Positions 51,404 to 58,780 of a DNA stretch of 64,000 nucleotides are shown one piece after another. A program made the translations under genes and the position numbers. Numbering within the stretch: the stretch's first letter is position 1; each line of letters starts with the position of its first letter. The notes below the pieces were generated by a model. It ran no database searches and was not told where the DNA came from. It was given only the letters and a program-made list of their open reading frames with translations. The stretch comes from Eledone cirrhosa (lineage: Eukaryota): the NCBI GenBank assembly GCA_964016885.1, contig OZ024749.1, forward strand, positions 39,308,001 through 39,372,000, given 5' to 3'.

Positions 51404-51912
51404 ACACAGTGTTCCCTAAAAATGTATACACACTTTGATTACCTGTACAGGCAATATTTATTAGAATGGTGTATATACTTTTGGGGGACACCCTGTGTGT
51501 GTGTGTGTATTCAACGTGTCTGAAGCTTACACCAACTGCAACTTTTTGTTTGTTAGTTTTTCTATTTTTTTTACGTTTGTTTTTGAATGTTTTGTTTCTC
51601 CCAGAAAGAAGAAAGTCGGCAAATTAATTGCCCTAACACACTAACAATATTGTAATGTTATGTACTATTAAACGTCATTTTAATATTCACGTATATTCAA
51701 CAACGTTGTAATGTAATGTAATAATTGTTTCTCCTTTTGGCACAAGGCCAGCAATTATTTCAGTGCATTACTGGTACTTTATTTTATCGACCCCACAGGG
51801 ATGAAAGTCAAAATTAACCTCGGCGAGATTAAACACTGTTTTAATATTAAAATATGTTGATCTAAATATAACACATTTACTTACAGGAATCGGTTGGTGA
51901 GTCGTCCTCCAT
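768..51912 (-). CDS. AK9: Adenylate kinase 9-like gene, 23 coding exons in window (about 1063 aa); 3' part lies beyond position 1
   Basis: Spliced ORF reconstructed by hand with GT-AG junctions and continuous phase. Motifs match AK9 as I recall it: [109 protein letters not shown]. Confidence 0.93.
1602..2445 (-). mobile_element. Non-autonomous Helitron-like element
   Basis: On the minus strand it starts TC and ends CTAG-T with a subterminal hairpin (cccggcgttgcttggg). It has internal imperfect tandem repeats and a (GACA)n run. Confidence 0.65.
3003..3196 (-). CDS. AK9: AK9 exon 22 (P-loop 3, GVHGSGKT)
   Basis: [52 protein letters not shown]; tttgcAG/GTAAGT. Confidence 0.95.
3220..3435. mobile_element. 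piggyBac-type MITE (representative)
   Basis: TTAA-CCCTTTA ... TAAAGGG-TTAA termini. Copies near 10198-10426, 26192-26400, 34026-34456, 35636-35895, 36251-36842, 40532-40754 and 41020-41169; related element at 33547-33810. Confidence 0.85.
3516..3724. mobile_element. hAT-like MITE
   Basis: TIRs aggcatgtcaaac / gtttgacatgcct, with subterminal tgtggccc motifs. Confidence 0.65.
3770..5795. repeat. 38-bp minisatellite, about 53 copies
   Basis: tataggaacaccatcctgagacatg(a/g)catgtcttggg(g/a). Confidence 0.98.
5845..5988 (-). mobile_element. RTE LINE reverse transcriptase fragment
   Basis: [45 protein letters not shown]. Confidence 0.88.
6044..6205. mobile_element. (TA)n-flanked fold-back element, same family as 52260
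   Basis: Inverted arms 6044-6127 and the same tail. Confidence 0.7.
6925..7137 (-). CDS. AK9: AK9 exon 21 (second CPV/YHS-like module)
   Basis: [35 protein letters not shown]...HKPFS; tttccAG/GTATGT. Confidence 0.92.
7241..7488. repeat. 61-bp tandem, 4 copies, inside a CR1 3' end
   Basis: catggaacaaactacctgc...taaaacctc. Confidence 0.95.
7958..8217. repeat. 49-bp SINE-derived tandem
   Basis: gaccaccttacagtgtggactgggagcctttttaccctgtctcctacac, about 5 copies. Confidence 0.92.
8337..8455 (-). CDS. AK9: AK9 exon 20
   Basis: [18 protein letters not shown]...[11 protein letters not shown]; tAG/GTATTG. Confidence 0.87.
8456..9005. repeat. 37/38-bp AT-rich minisatellite
   Basis: ttaacaattaaaatacctaactaatagttaatactaa, shifting to a variant unit. 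Confidence 0.92.
10474..10687 (-). CDS. AK9: AK9 exon 19
   Basis: TEAETETT...[22 protein letters not shown]; tttAG/GTAAGT. Confidence 0.87.
11276..11725. repeat. 123-bp tandem, about 3.6 copies
   Basis: Period 11276/11399/11522/11645; contains a SINE-tail-like gg.ctccagctgtagaa motif. Confidence 0.95.
11793..11836 (-). CDS. AK9: AK9 exon 18 (44 nt)
   Basis: [15 protein letters not shown]; tAG/GTAAGA; phase 1 to 0. Confidence 0.7.
12795..12835 (-). ncRNA. Minimal type-I hammerhead ribozyme motif
   Basis: CAATG-CTGATGA-C-AGCT(AATA)AGCT-A-GAAA-CTAGT-T-CATCG; palindromic ACTAGT stem III. Confidence 0.65.
13890..13955 (-). ncRNA. Hammerhead ribozyme motif with long stem II
   Basis: TTCTATTTTAT-CTGATGA-GAGCGTACCAAA(GT)TTTGGTACCCTT-GAAA-(TA)n-ATAGTAGAA. 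Confidence 0.55.
14320..14577 (-). CDS. AK9: AK9 exon 17 (Glu-rich linker)
   Basis: [21 protein letters not shown]...NILMTVTE; phases fit both neighbours. Confidence 0.8.
15364..15873. mobile_element. Degenerate pogo/Tigger-like MITE
   Basis: TACCGTATATACTCGAGT left end and a decayed gagtatatatg right end. Confidence 0.45.
15873..16670. repeat. Degenerate ~20-bp minisatellite interrupted by two SINEs
   Basis: gttgaccagatgatataat units. Confidence 0.85.
16688..16728 (-). CDS. AK9: AK9 exon 16 (41 nt)
   Basis: [13 protein letters not shown]; strong polypyrimidine tract with AG, GTAAGT donor, phase 2 to 1. Confidence 0.8.
17975..18145 (-). CDS. AK9: AK9 exon 15
   Basis: [37 protein letters not shown]; tttcAG/GTTTGT. 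Confidence 0.9.
18932..19136 (-). CDS. AK9: AK9 exon 14
   Basis: [27 protein letters not shown]...SPL; poly-T aaAG/GTATGT. Confidence 0.85.
19600..19907 (+). mobile_element. CR1-like LINE 3' end (representative)
   Basis: Encodes [29 protein letters not shown], then a 3'UTR and (ATT)n tail. Copies near 7215, 29430, 35670(-), 39330(-), 39615(-), 42845(-), 43175 and 48270. Confidence 0.85.
21600..22195 (+). mobile_element. Non-autonomous, internally deleted LINE-like element in (TATG)n; 5'-shorter copy at 6327-6765
   Basis: Two near-identical copies. The 3' part has a C2H2-like remnant [22 protein letters not shown] typical of RTE C-termini. Confidence 0.65.
22244..22379 (-). CDS. AK9: AK9 exon 13
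   Basis: [29 protein letters not shown]...EQEP; ttttatacAG/GTAACA. Confidence 0.8.
22745..23270. repeat. 48-bp SINE-derived minisatellite, about 11 copies
   Basis: gtgacaccttcacgaccactttacagtgtgggctgggtgctttttgtt. Confidence 0.96.
24252..24301 (-). CDS. AK9: AK9 exon 12 (50 nt)
   Basis: [17 protein letters not shown]; bridges phase 1 to phase 0 between exons 11 and 13. Confidence 0.65.
24777..24812 (+). ncRNA. Minimal type-I hammerhead ribozyme motif
   Basis: TCTT-CTGATGA-A-GGAC(TAGC)GTCC-GAAA-CGT-T-AAGA: stem I 4 bp, stem II 4 bp, palindromic ACGT stem III. Confidence 0.75.
25200..25530. repeat. Perfect 60-bp tandem, 5.5 copies, from a SINE head
   Basis: Five identical 60-nt lines; the minus strand carries GGTTCGATTC (B box). 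Confidence 0.97.
27233..27665. repeat. (GGT/GAT)n compound microsatellite; similar tract at 38284-39130
   Basis: Low-complexity trinucleotide tract. Confidence 0.95.
27714..27864 (-). CDS. AK9: AK9 exon 11
   Basis: [10 protein letters not shown]...[26 protein letters not shown]; weaker sites (aAG/GTGTGT) but phases fit. Confidence 0.8.
29040..29220 (-). CDS. AK9: AK9 exon 10 (YHS-like module plus P-loop 2)
   Basis: [10 protein letters not shown]...[29 protein letters not shown]; tttAG/GTAAGA. Confidence 0.95.
30255..31552. repeat. 48-bp SINE-derived minisatellite, about 27 copies
   Basis: acctacacgaccactttacagtgtggactgggtgctttttgccgtgac. Confidence 0.98.
32652..32884 (-). CDS. AK9: AK9 exon 9
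   Basis: [16 protein letters not shown]...[34 protein letters not shown]; ttccAG/GTAATT. Confidence 0.93.
33894..33968 (-). CDS. AK9: AK9 exon 8
   Basis: [25 protein letters not shown]; tAG/GTGAGT. Confidence 0.92.
34457..35160. repeat. 48-bp minisatellite with a 96-bp higher-order dimer
   Basis: cacacttgagtgtgagtgagagctgtattagtaattttattacaaggt; alternating ggaaatac/ggtcacac units. Confidence 0.95.
37130..37965. repeat. 58/59-bp minisatellite
   Basis: tctcactacattcccacactcaactgagagctaagacaag plus two linker variants. Confidence 0.95.
38030..38188 (-). CDS. AK9: AK9 exon 7
   Basis: NVMNEDD...[25 protein letters not shown]; tttAG/GTAACT. Confidence 0.9.
39208..39315 (-). CDS. AK9: AK9 exon 6
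   Basis: [36 protein letters not shown] (lid region); tAG/GTAAAG. Confidence 0.9.
40762..40874 (-). CDS. AK9: AK9 exon 5
   Basis: [12 protein letters not shown]...[10 protein letters not shown]; tacAG/GTTAGT. Confidence 0.93.
41270..41419 (-). CDS. AK9: AK9 exon 4
   Basis: [17 protein letters not shown]...[10 protein letters not shown]; cttttcAG/GTATGT. Confidence 0.93.
41462..41845 (+). mobile_element. tRNA-derived CORE-type SINE with RTE-like tail and (GAT)n end (representative)
   Basis: A box tggcttagtgg, B box gagttcaattc, CORE-like ccttgagcaagacacttta...gctgtagaaatgag. Copies at 12288-12612, 48430-48748, 248-362 and 46260-46385(-). Confidence 0.85.
42120..42565 (-). mobile_element. 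Poly(A)-tailed LINE (L1/Tx1-like) 3' end
   Basis: Poly-T tract plus tttatt on the plus strand (AATAAA and poly-A on minus), preceded by a GC-richer body. Confidence 0.45.
43924..44044 (-). CDS. AK9: AK9 exon 3 (P-loop 1, GKPGCGKT)
   Basis: [34 protein letters not shown]; AG/GTAAGT. Confidence 0.95.
44071..44244. mobile_element. Tc1/pogo-type MITE
   Basis: TA-CAG.TAAAATTCC.TTATAAC / GTCATAACGGAATTTCACTG-TA termini. Confidence 0.65.
44536..44850. repeat. 48-bp SINE-derived tandem in the opposite orientation
   Basis: gtcacgacaaaaagtgcctagtccacactgtaaagtggtcgtgtaggt. Confidence 0.9.
45160..45460. repeat. Degenerate ~47-bp tandem
   Basis: gaccaatatttctagaagt...accacagaggtcagattt. Confidence 0.8.
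45495..45670 (-). CDS. AK9: AK9 exon 2 (LSLTDLEND...KDLYNEDE)
   Basis: ttttgtatccAG acceptor, GTAAGT donor; ends in a D.YNEDE motif that precedes the first AK domain. Confidence 0.85.
48966..49018 (+). ncRNA. Type-I hammerhead motif, C3U core variant
   Basis: GAGTTT-TTGAAGA-TCCT(GTTA)AGGGT-GAAA-GCA(GCGATTCTT)TGCT-T-AAACTT; all three stems form. Confidence 0.6.
50290..50800 (+). mobile_element. CRE-like non-LTR element 3' end (restriction-like endonuclease remnant); relatives at 20290-20580 and 9350-9455
   Basis: [36 protein letters not shown]....[15 protein letters not shown]. Confidence 0.7.
51406..51494. mobile_element. Short Tc1/mariner-type MITE
   Basis: Inverted ends cagtgttccctaaaaatgtataca / gtatatactttttggggacaccctg. 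Confidence 0.55.
51885..51912 (-). CDS. AK9: AK9 exon 1 (MEDDSPTDS)
   Basis: AACATGG start context, GTAAGT donor, phase 1 fits exon 2, X-box immediately upstream. Confidence 0.75.
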
Positions 51913-51919
51913 GTTTTCT

Positions 51920-51932
51920 GTTGCTAAGCAAC
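51920..51932. promoter_or_regulatory. RFX X-box
   Basis: GTTGCTAAGCAAC, a near-perfect palindrome matching the X-box consensus, 7 nt upstream of the AK9 ATG. Confidence 0.75.
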
Positions 51933-52024
51933 AACCAAACACTGCGTTCAACCCTAGTAATAGAACACGTGTGTATTTGTGTCTGTCTGTATATATATAT
52001 ATATATATAATAATAAGGGCGCTG

Positions 52025-52062
<38 letters not shown>

Positions 52063-52217
52063 AATAAAGTGGAGATGTTACATAGAAGATTTATTGCTCA
52101 ATCCTGATTACAAATGTTTCTTAAGCAGCTGGCTCGTGATCTGGGATGACACCCCCAAACAGACTCCAAGTCTGCCTGATCCTCACCTGTTTTCTTCGGA
52201 TTTACTGAACTTTCTTA

Positions 52218-52259
<42 letters not shown>

Positions 52260-52262
<3 letters not shown>

Positions 52263-52460
52263 AACAAGTAAGACCCTGACGGCTGAGCTCAAGCCGTTTC
52301 AACGGCTAATTCTGGACTAATTGAGTCCAGAATTAGCCGTCGAAACGGCTTGAGCTCAGCCGTCGGGGTCTTACTTGTTCCTATTACCCACTCTACTACC
52401 CTAAGTATTGAGTACTTTGGTGCGTATGGTCCACCTGGTTCCTTACCACATTTCCTTCGT
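52260..52460. mobile_element. (TA)n-flanked fold-back element; relatives at 6044-6205 and 49052-49215
   Basis: About 60-bp inverted arms followed by the shared tail tattacccactctactaccc.aagtattgagtact.tggtgc; contains GAAA-CGGCT..AGCCG-TC. Confidence 0.7.
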
Positions 52461-52560
<100 letters not shown>

Positions 52561-52734
52561 CTTTATTAGCCTCAAGGGCGCACAAGAAAAATAGAGTTTC
52601 TACTTTTGGCACAAGGCCAGCGATTACTCCAGTGCACCACTGGTACTTTATTTTATCGACCTCGTAAGGATGAAAGGCAAAGTTAACCTCGGCGGATTTG
52701 AACTCATATATATATATAGAGAGAGAGAGATTCA

Positions 52735-53092
52735 ATTTTTCGCTGGTCGAGCGCGTGCAGAGATCGATTCCGATGTTGGGCAGTCTGGTTTCCTCTAGTT
52801 GGTTTCGTAACAGGTTGATGGTTCTTCTAGGCGGATTTTTAGCTCTCCACAGAATAGTCAGATGATGGGGTTGCCACCTTGGCGGCGAGTCGACACGCCG
52901 GGGTCACTGTTGATCTGAAACCTCTCCAAGAGACCGTTCCGCCTAGGGTGGCCCTACCAGGAGCAAAGCTCCAGACGGTAACGCCCACTTTTTTACGGAA
53001 CACACAAACCCCCTCGCTACGACAAGGGTAGACCCACGACGATGCTTTGGGATTGCTGGCTTAAGATAACGTCGGCATCGTCGAGCAAGAAG
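52735..53092 (-). mobile_element. RTE/Expander-like 5'UTR fragment
   Basis: cttgtcgtagcgagggggtttgtgtg...cctggtagggccaccc resembles RTE-clade 5'UTRs from memory; GC-rich island between microsatellites. Confidence 0.5.
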
Positions 53093-53289
53093 ATATATAT
53101 GTATATATATATATAGTAATAATAAAAAATGCCAAGACTAAAATCCGAAGAAGGCTCGATAAGGCTAATATATATATAATTATATAAAACCATAGAGCAA
53201 ATATTTATTAAAATAACAGATTAAAGTTTAATCAAAGAATCGCTGCTTTCACTCTTAACGGGATTCTTTGTTTAAACTTTAATCTGTTA

Positions 53290-53343
<54 letters not shown>

Positions 53344-53379
53344 TATATAGATATATAGATAGATAAATATACACGGGTG

Positions 53380-54754
53380 TGTATGATTGTGTATAGAAGA
53401 TTATATTAATAAAAGGAATTCCAACTTTGTCTGATTTACTCGTTTTATTTACAATCCTTTAAAATTTATAACGGTATTATAATGAAATAGTATGATAGAA
53501 TATTAAATGTTAAGTGTTAATTGAACAAGTACTTTCATGCTTTCGCAATCTTCGAGTTCATAACGTGTGGTGACAGTCAAATTTGCAATTTTCAACTGTA
53601 ATGAGATGGGTAAATTTTGTACCTTATATACAGTGAAAAGTGGCTCTAGAATGCTAAATCTTGCAAACTGTATTTCGACCAATCGGTGTGTAGTTTCACC
53701 GAATTACTGAAGCTGATTGGTTTAGGCGTCACGGTTGGTTGAGCATGTCTAACGACCACTAATTGATCCTATCCAAAGCATCAATTGTTTTGATCAACAT
53801 CACTTTTATTATTGTTGTTGTTGTTGTTGTTAGTGGTCGTAGTCATAGTTATTATTATTGTTATTGGTTTGAATTTACCAATAAAATTCTTTTCTTTGAT
53901 TTTTCTCTTGACTTCACTTGGGCTGGGTAATTTGTAGAATGGGAATATTATAAATACTCCTTGACCACATGTTGCTTGATGGTTACTTAGGGGTATCTGA
54001 CGGACATTTGGGTCTCTGATTTGCTGTCGGTGTACCCGTGCACGTTCCGATAGTGCATTTCCAGTTTGACCGACATATAGTTCTTCACAATTCGGGCATT
54101 TAATGCAATAAATTAGATTTCTGCTTTTGCAGTTCATATTTGCATTTGGGAATATTTTTCCAGTTTTAGTTTTCATATATTGACCGGCGTGTATGGATTG
54201 ACATGTGCCGTATCGACTATCATTGCATTTAGATACAGTGAATGATTGGTCTTTGTTGTTAAGGTCAAACTTTGCTTTTGTTAGTAATTGCTTCAAATTT
54301 TTCGGCTGTCTTTTACTAAGAGTCAAAGATCGATCTGTGATTAAGCCTTTTAATTCATTACTTTGAGCAATGATCGGTAGGTTTGCTTTGGTAGTGTTGA
54401 AGATATTCTGGTGACATGGGTTGTATGTCATTATAAATGGTATGACCAGTTCTTGGTTTCTTCTTCCTTGGGTTGTCCTATATTGTTGTATAGGTATTTT
54501 TATAGCCCGCTGTATGCCATTTTCTATAAGAAGAGATGGGTATTTTTGTTTGAGCAAAAATTCTCTTAGTTCTGTTAGGCGTTTGTACCTGGTATTCGTA
54601 TCTTCTACAATGGTACAAATTCTTCTGGCTAGGCAGTATGGGATGTTGCGTTTTGTATGAGGTGGATGGCACGACTTAAAATTCAGATATTGATGGGTGT
54701 CTGTGTGTTTATAATATATATCCGTGGTAATGGTGGTGTCGTTTTTGATTATCA
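53380..54754 (-). mobile_element. 5'-truncated Penelope-like retroelement: RT thumb, linker, GIY-YIG endonuclease and 3' region
   Basis: ORF 53781-54806 contains TDIYYKHTDTHQYLNFKSCHPPHTKRNIPY and NLIYCIKCPNCEELYVGQTG..LSERARVH. Its first ~17 codons come from the adjacent SINE. The C-terminus is disrupted by simple repeats. Confidence 0.92.
53522..53560 (-). ncRNA. Variant hammerhead motif in the 3' region of the PLE
   Basis: TGAAC-TCGAAGA-T-TGC(GAAA)GCA-T-GAAA-GTACT-T-GTTCA, on the PLE sense strand about 220 nt after the ORF. Confidence 0.6.
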
Positions 54755-54941
54755 TTCGGTGGATTGGCAGTATCGGTAGAGGGTCGGACGCCATGCTTTC
54801 CAGCATAGTTACGTCCCTTTACGATCTGAGTTCAAATCCCGCCGAGGTTGACTTTGCCTTTCATCCTTACGGGGTCGATAAAATAAAGTACCAGTAATGC
54901 ACTGGGTAATTGCTGGCCTTGTGCCAAAAGTAGAAACAATT
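54755..54941 (+). mobile_element. tRNA-derived SINE with a Meta-domain-like centre (representative of more than 20 copies)
   Basis: A-box-like ttggcagtatcggtag, B box gagttcaaatcc, then gcctttcatccttacggggtcgataaaataaagtaccag. Other copies near 1010, 1350, 9460, 9690, 10730, 11030, 16030, 16330, 18670, 28400, 32445, 34145, 43515, 43705, 48765, 51720, 52595, 57275, 58140 and 58960. Confidence 0.88.
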
Positions 54942-56789
54942 ATATATACATTATATATATATATACATACATATCAGCATATAGAGAGAAGTACACATAT
55001 CTCTATGTGTACTTCTCTCTATATGCTGATTTATAAAGAACCGGGAATCTATTCTTTGAGCTCATTAAATTATAGAAGATTAAAGTAAGTCTTTAACTCC
55101 GTTTTTTAATTTAATATGTGTGTGTGTGTATGTGTGTGTACACAAACTATTATTGTGTTTGGTGCATTCAGTACTTGCGAATATTTGTTCTTCAGTAGAT
55201 ATTTTTTCATATCAAATTACTTATGTGTGGTTTCTCTCTGGTAGTATCAGGTAATATATATTTTAACACGTTAAGTGACGTTTTTATTTATTTATTTAAT
55301 GCGTGTTTCTATTGAACATAATTTTCTGTTGATGTACTTTAAGATAGAGATATTTATTTATTTTTGTTTTTGTTTGTTTTATTTTCCAGGACATACTAAA
55401 TACACACCTAATCTCTATTACTTAGTTACATAAATATTTCACATGACAATATAGTATCAAAACGAAAGAAAATATTAAGTCAACTTCTGCAGACACTTTT
55501 GCTGTTACCCATCTAAGAATGCACCCAACTACAACAGAGTGGGGGGTTACCATTGGCTTTTGTGAGGTCAAATAGTTTAACCCCAAAGAACAAGAAGTAA
55601 ATGTAGAGGAAGTCACTCTTGGACGAGAACATGTTGACAAACTGGGTCAGATTCTCTGGTATCACCAGCTGACAGGAAGAAACAATCCTTAAGATACGGG
55701 GGTCATAGACCATCAATCCTTGCACCAGATCCGACAGGGAAGGACGCAATTGCCTTCCTGATGTTATCCGAGGTGAAAACTGGTTGAAAATAATAGCTAT
55801 TACTGTTCCTTTACCCTATTGAGACATGCTGCGCGAACTTGGGGTCTTCATCCCCAACCTGTATAAATGCCGGCCCTCTCCCTTCCACAGGTTGCTGTAG
55901 TACAGTATAAAAAGGTGCAGTATACTGAAAGTTGATGGAAGAGGAAGACATAGGAAAGCTTTGGATGAAGTGATAAAAGCTGACCATGCACAATTAAACC
56001 TTTCAAAGGAGATGGCACAGGATTGAGAACTCTGTAGATCTGCCTTCCTGTATACACAGAAGGAATCAAACATTCAAACATGTAGATGACACTAGCCCAC
56101 ACCAATCATGACCCTACTCCATTCACCCTTTCCACCTTCCACTTTCCAGAGGTACCTTTCCAGTCCTGTTCAACCCGTGCATACAAGCATAGAAAGCTGG
56201 TCACAGTCCAAATCTGTTCTACACCACTCCCATAATGCTACTGCCATGACAAAAAGCACTTTGTACATCATGTATCTGGTACCCCAACAACAGAAGCACC
56301 CAGTAAGATGGTCATATTGGTAACATGATAAGAGGCGGCTCCAAATGTTATGATGGTTATGCTAGTGACATGACAGCTTTCTATGCTTGTATGCACGGGT
56401 TGAACAGGACTGGAAAGGTACCTCTGGAAAGTAGAAGGTGGAAAGGGTGAATGGAGTAGGGTCATGATTGGTGTGGACATCATAACTGGTGTGAAGAGTT
56501 GAGATTGGTATACATGGATGTTTGATGGTCTTCCACAAAAGCATTTTGCCTGGGCTTGTGCTTTAAAATAATAATTGATGCTCAATGAGCATAATGGTAT
56601 TTGATCATTTGAAGACATTCTTATTGCTGTTCTTAAATTAGAAATATAATCTTCATTTTTTTCTTTTGATAGGGTATAAAAGGTTGTGTCACTGTGCAGA
56701 CATATGTATATATTTTCATATATGCATAGATTGGAGAGAAATGAAACAACCATGCTTCGTTGGATGTGCAATGGCAGAGGTTGGATGAA

Positions 56790-57112
56790 CTAGGGAGAAA
56801 CTGGGTTTAAGAGGAATCCGAAGTGGTGTACATGAGAGAAGACTGAATTGGTACAGACATGTGATGCACATAAATAATGATCCCTGAGTGAAGAAGTGCC
56901 AGGAAATTCCAGTAGAGGGAAGCCACAATAGAGGTAGACCTTAGACGAAGGAAGACCTGGGCTAAGGTGGTGAGAACTGATCTCAAATCGCTGAGACTCA
57001 CAGAGGAAATGACGAAGGAACATGCCGAATTGAGAGATGCTGCACTGAGAAGGACCTGTCCAACCCATGCAAGCACGGTCAAACAGACATAAAAATGGTG
57101 ATGATGATGATG
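56790..57112 (+). mobile_element. RTE LINE 3' end; short related pieces at 24940-25085, 50830-50960 and 55920-56070
   Basis: Remnants LNWYRHVM and R.RRRKTWAKVVRTDLKSLRLTEEMTKE, followed by a (GAT)n tail. Confidence 0.75.
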
Positions 57113-57518
57113 ATATTCAATTGTTTGTGACATTAACGGTAAACATTCTGTAATAGCAGAGACTATAGTTTGGTCATTGAAATAAACTGGATGATTGGAG
57201 AGGATTCTTCAGTTTGGCCAAGCTGGAGGTAATCATTATTTGACCTATGCTGTCAATAATGTTTTTTTTTAATTAAGGCACAAGGCCAGCAATGTTGAAG
57301 GAAAGGAAGAGGAAAATCAATTAAAACAACCTCAGTACATAGCTGGTATTTTATTTTATTAATCCTAAAAGAATGAAAGGTTAAGTTGACCTCAACAGGA
57401 TTTGAACTCAGTATGTAAAGAGTCGGAACAAATAACACAAAGTATTTACCCAATGCTCTACCAATTCTGTCAATGGTTACATAAATAATGCTATGGTGGG
57501 AAATGGTGTGGGTTTATG

Positions 57519-58780
57519 CCAGGGGCGGATTAAGCTTCCACGGGGCCTGCCCCTAGTTCAAAATTCTATCTGGGCCCTTACATATTATTTATGGCAACAA
57601 AAACAAAAAAGAAGTAATTTGGATCCCTTTAAATATTGTGGGACTTCTGACTGACCCAGTTAACCTTCACCCACCCCTTAAGCTGTAACTTAGTCAACCT
57701 AAACCCGCCCACCCCTCCTTAAGCTGTAACCTAATAAACCTAAACCCACCCACCCCTCCTTAAGCAATAACCCAGTCGCCTAAACCCACCCACCCCTCCT
57801 TGAGCTGTAACCCAATCAACCTAAATCTACCCATCCACCCTATCTCAAGCTGTAATCCAAGAAACCTAAGCCTATTCAACCTTCACCACACCCTTTCTTA
57901 ATGCGTCACTGCTCCTTGTCTATTTAAAAAGTGGGTTAAACTCATTAAAGAATGTATAGTTTATAGTTTAATGTATGCCATAAAAAACACTACAGCACGA
58001 GTTTGAATCTCGTCTTATTTATAAACATGTGTTTTGTTGTTCAACCATGTGATAGTTACTCATTAAAACGTTGACCGCCTTTCAATATACACTTTCCGAA
58101 TAAAAAGAAATTGTCTTTAATATTTTAATATTGAAGTGGTGGGGTGGTGTGGTGGGTTGACAGAATTGGTAGAGCGTCAGATAAAATACATTTGTAGTAT
58201 TGTCCTGGCTCTTTATGTTCTGAGTTCAAATCCCACCGACGTCAACTTTACCGTTCACCTTTCTGCGGTCAATAAAATAAAGTAACAGTCAAGTATGAGG
58301 GTTTTTTTTAAATCAACTTTGCCCTTACCCCAAATTTGCTGGTATTGTGCTTAAATTAGAAATCAATATTTCAATTTAGAAAAATTTTGGAAATTCTGAA
58401 CTTTATTCATTTTAATTCTGAGATTGCCTAACTTTGATTTATTTGTTCTTGTAAAAACCGCAACAACGTATAATCAGGGTAAAGAGGACAATTAACCCGG
58501 GCCCCTTGCTGTTGGGGGAAGAGACCCCACCAGTAACGGCCGTAGCAATTTATTTGTGCCCACAGCTGGGCTTTTTAGTTTTAACGTGGTTTAAATTTTT
58601 GAATTTAATCCTTGTATGTAAAACTTTTAAATTATTTTTGATTACTTGCGCCAAGCTAACTTTGATATGTAAAATTGGTTTGGGACGGGTTGCTGTTTAT
58701 TCTAATTTTTTGTATATGAGAGGCCCCACATCCTCAAACCTGAAGTGGGCCGGGCCCCCCAAGGTCTAAATCCAACCCTA
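57519..58780. mobile_element. Possible DNA transposon remnant with internal ~41-bp tandem repeat (57650-57880)
   Basis: aggggcggatt / aatccaaccct ends with GGGCCC-rich subtermini. Confidence 0.35.
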
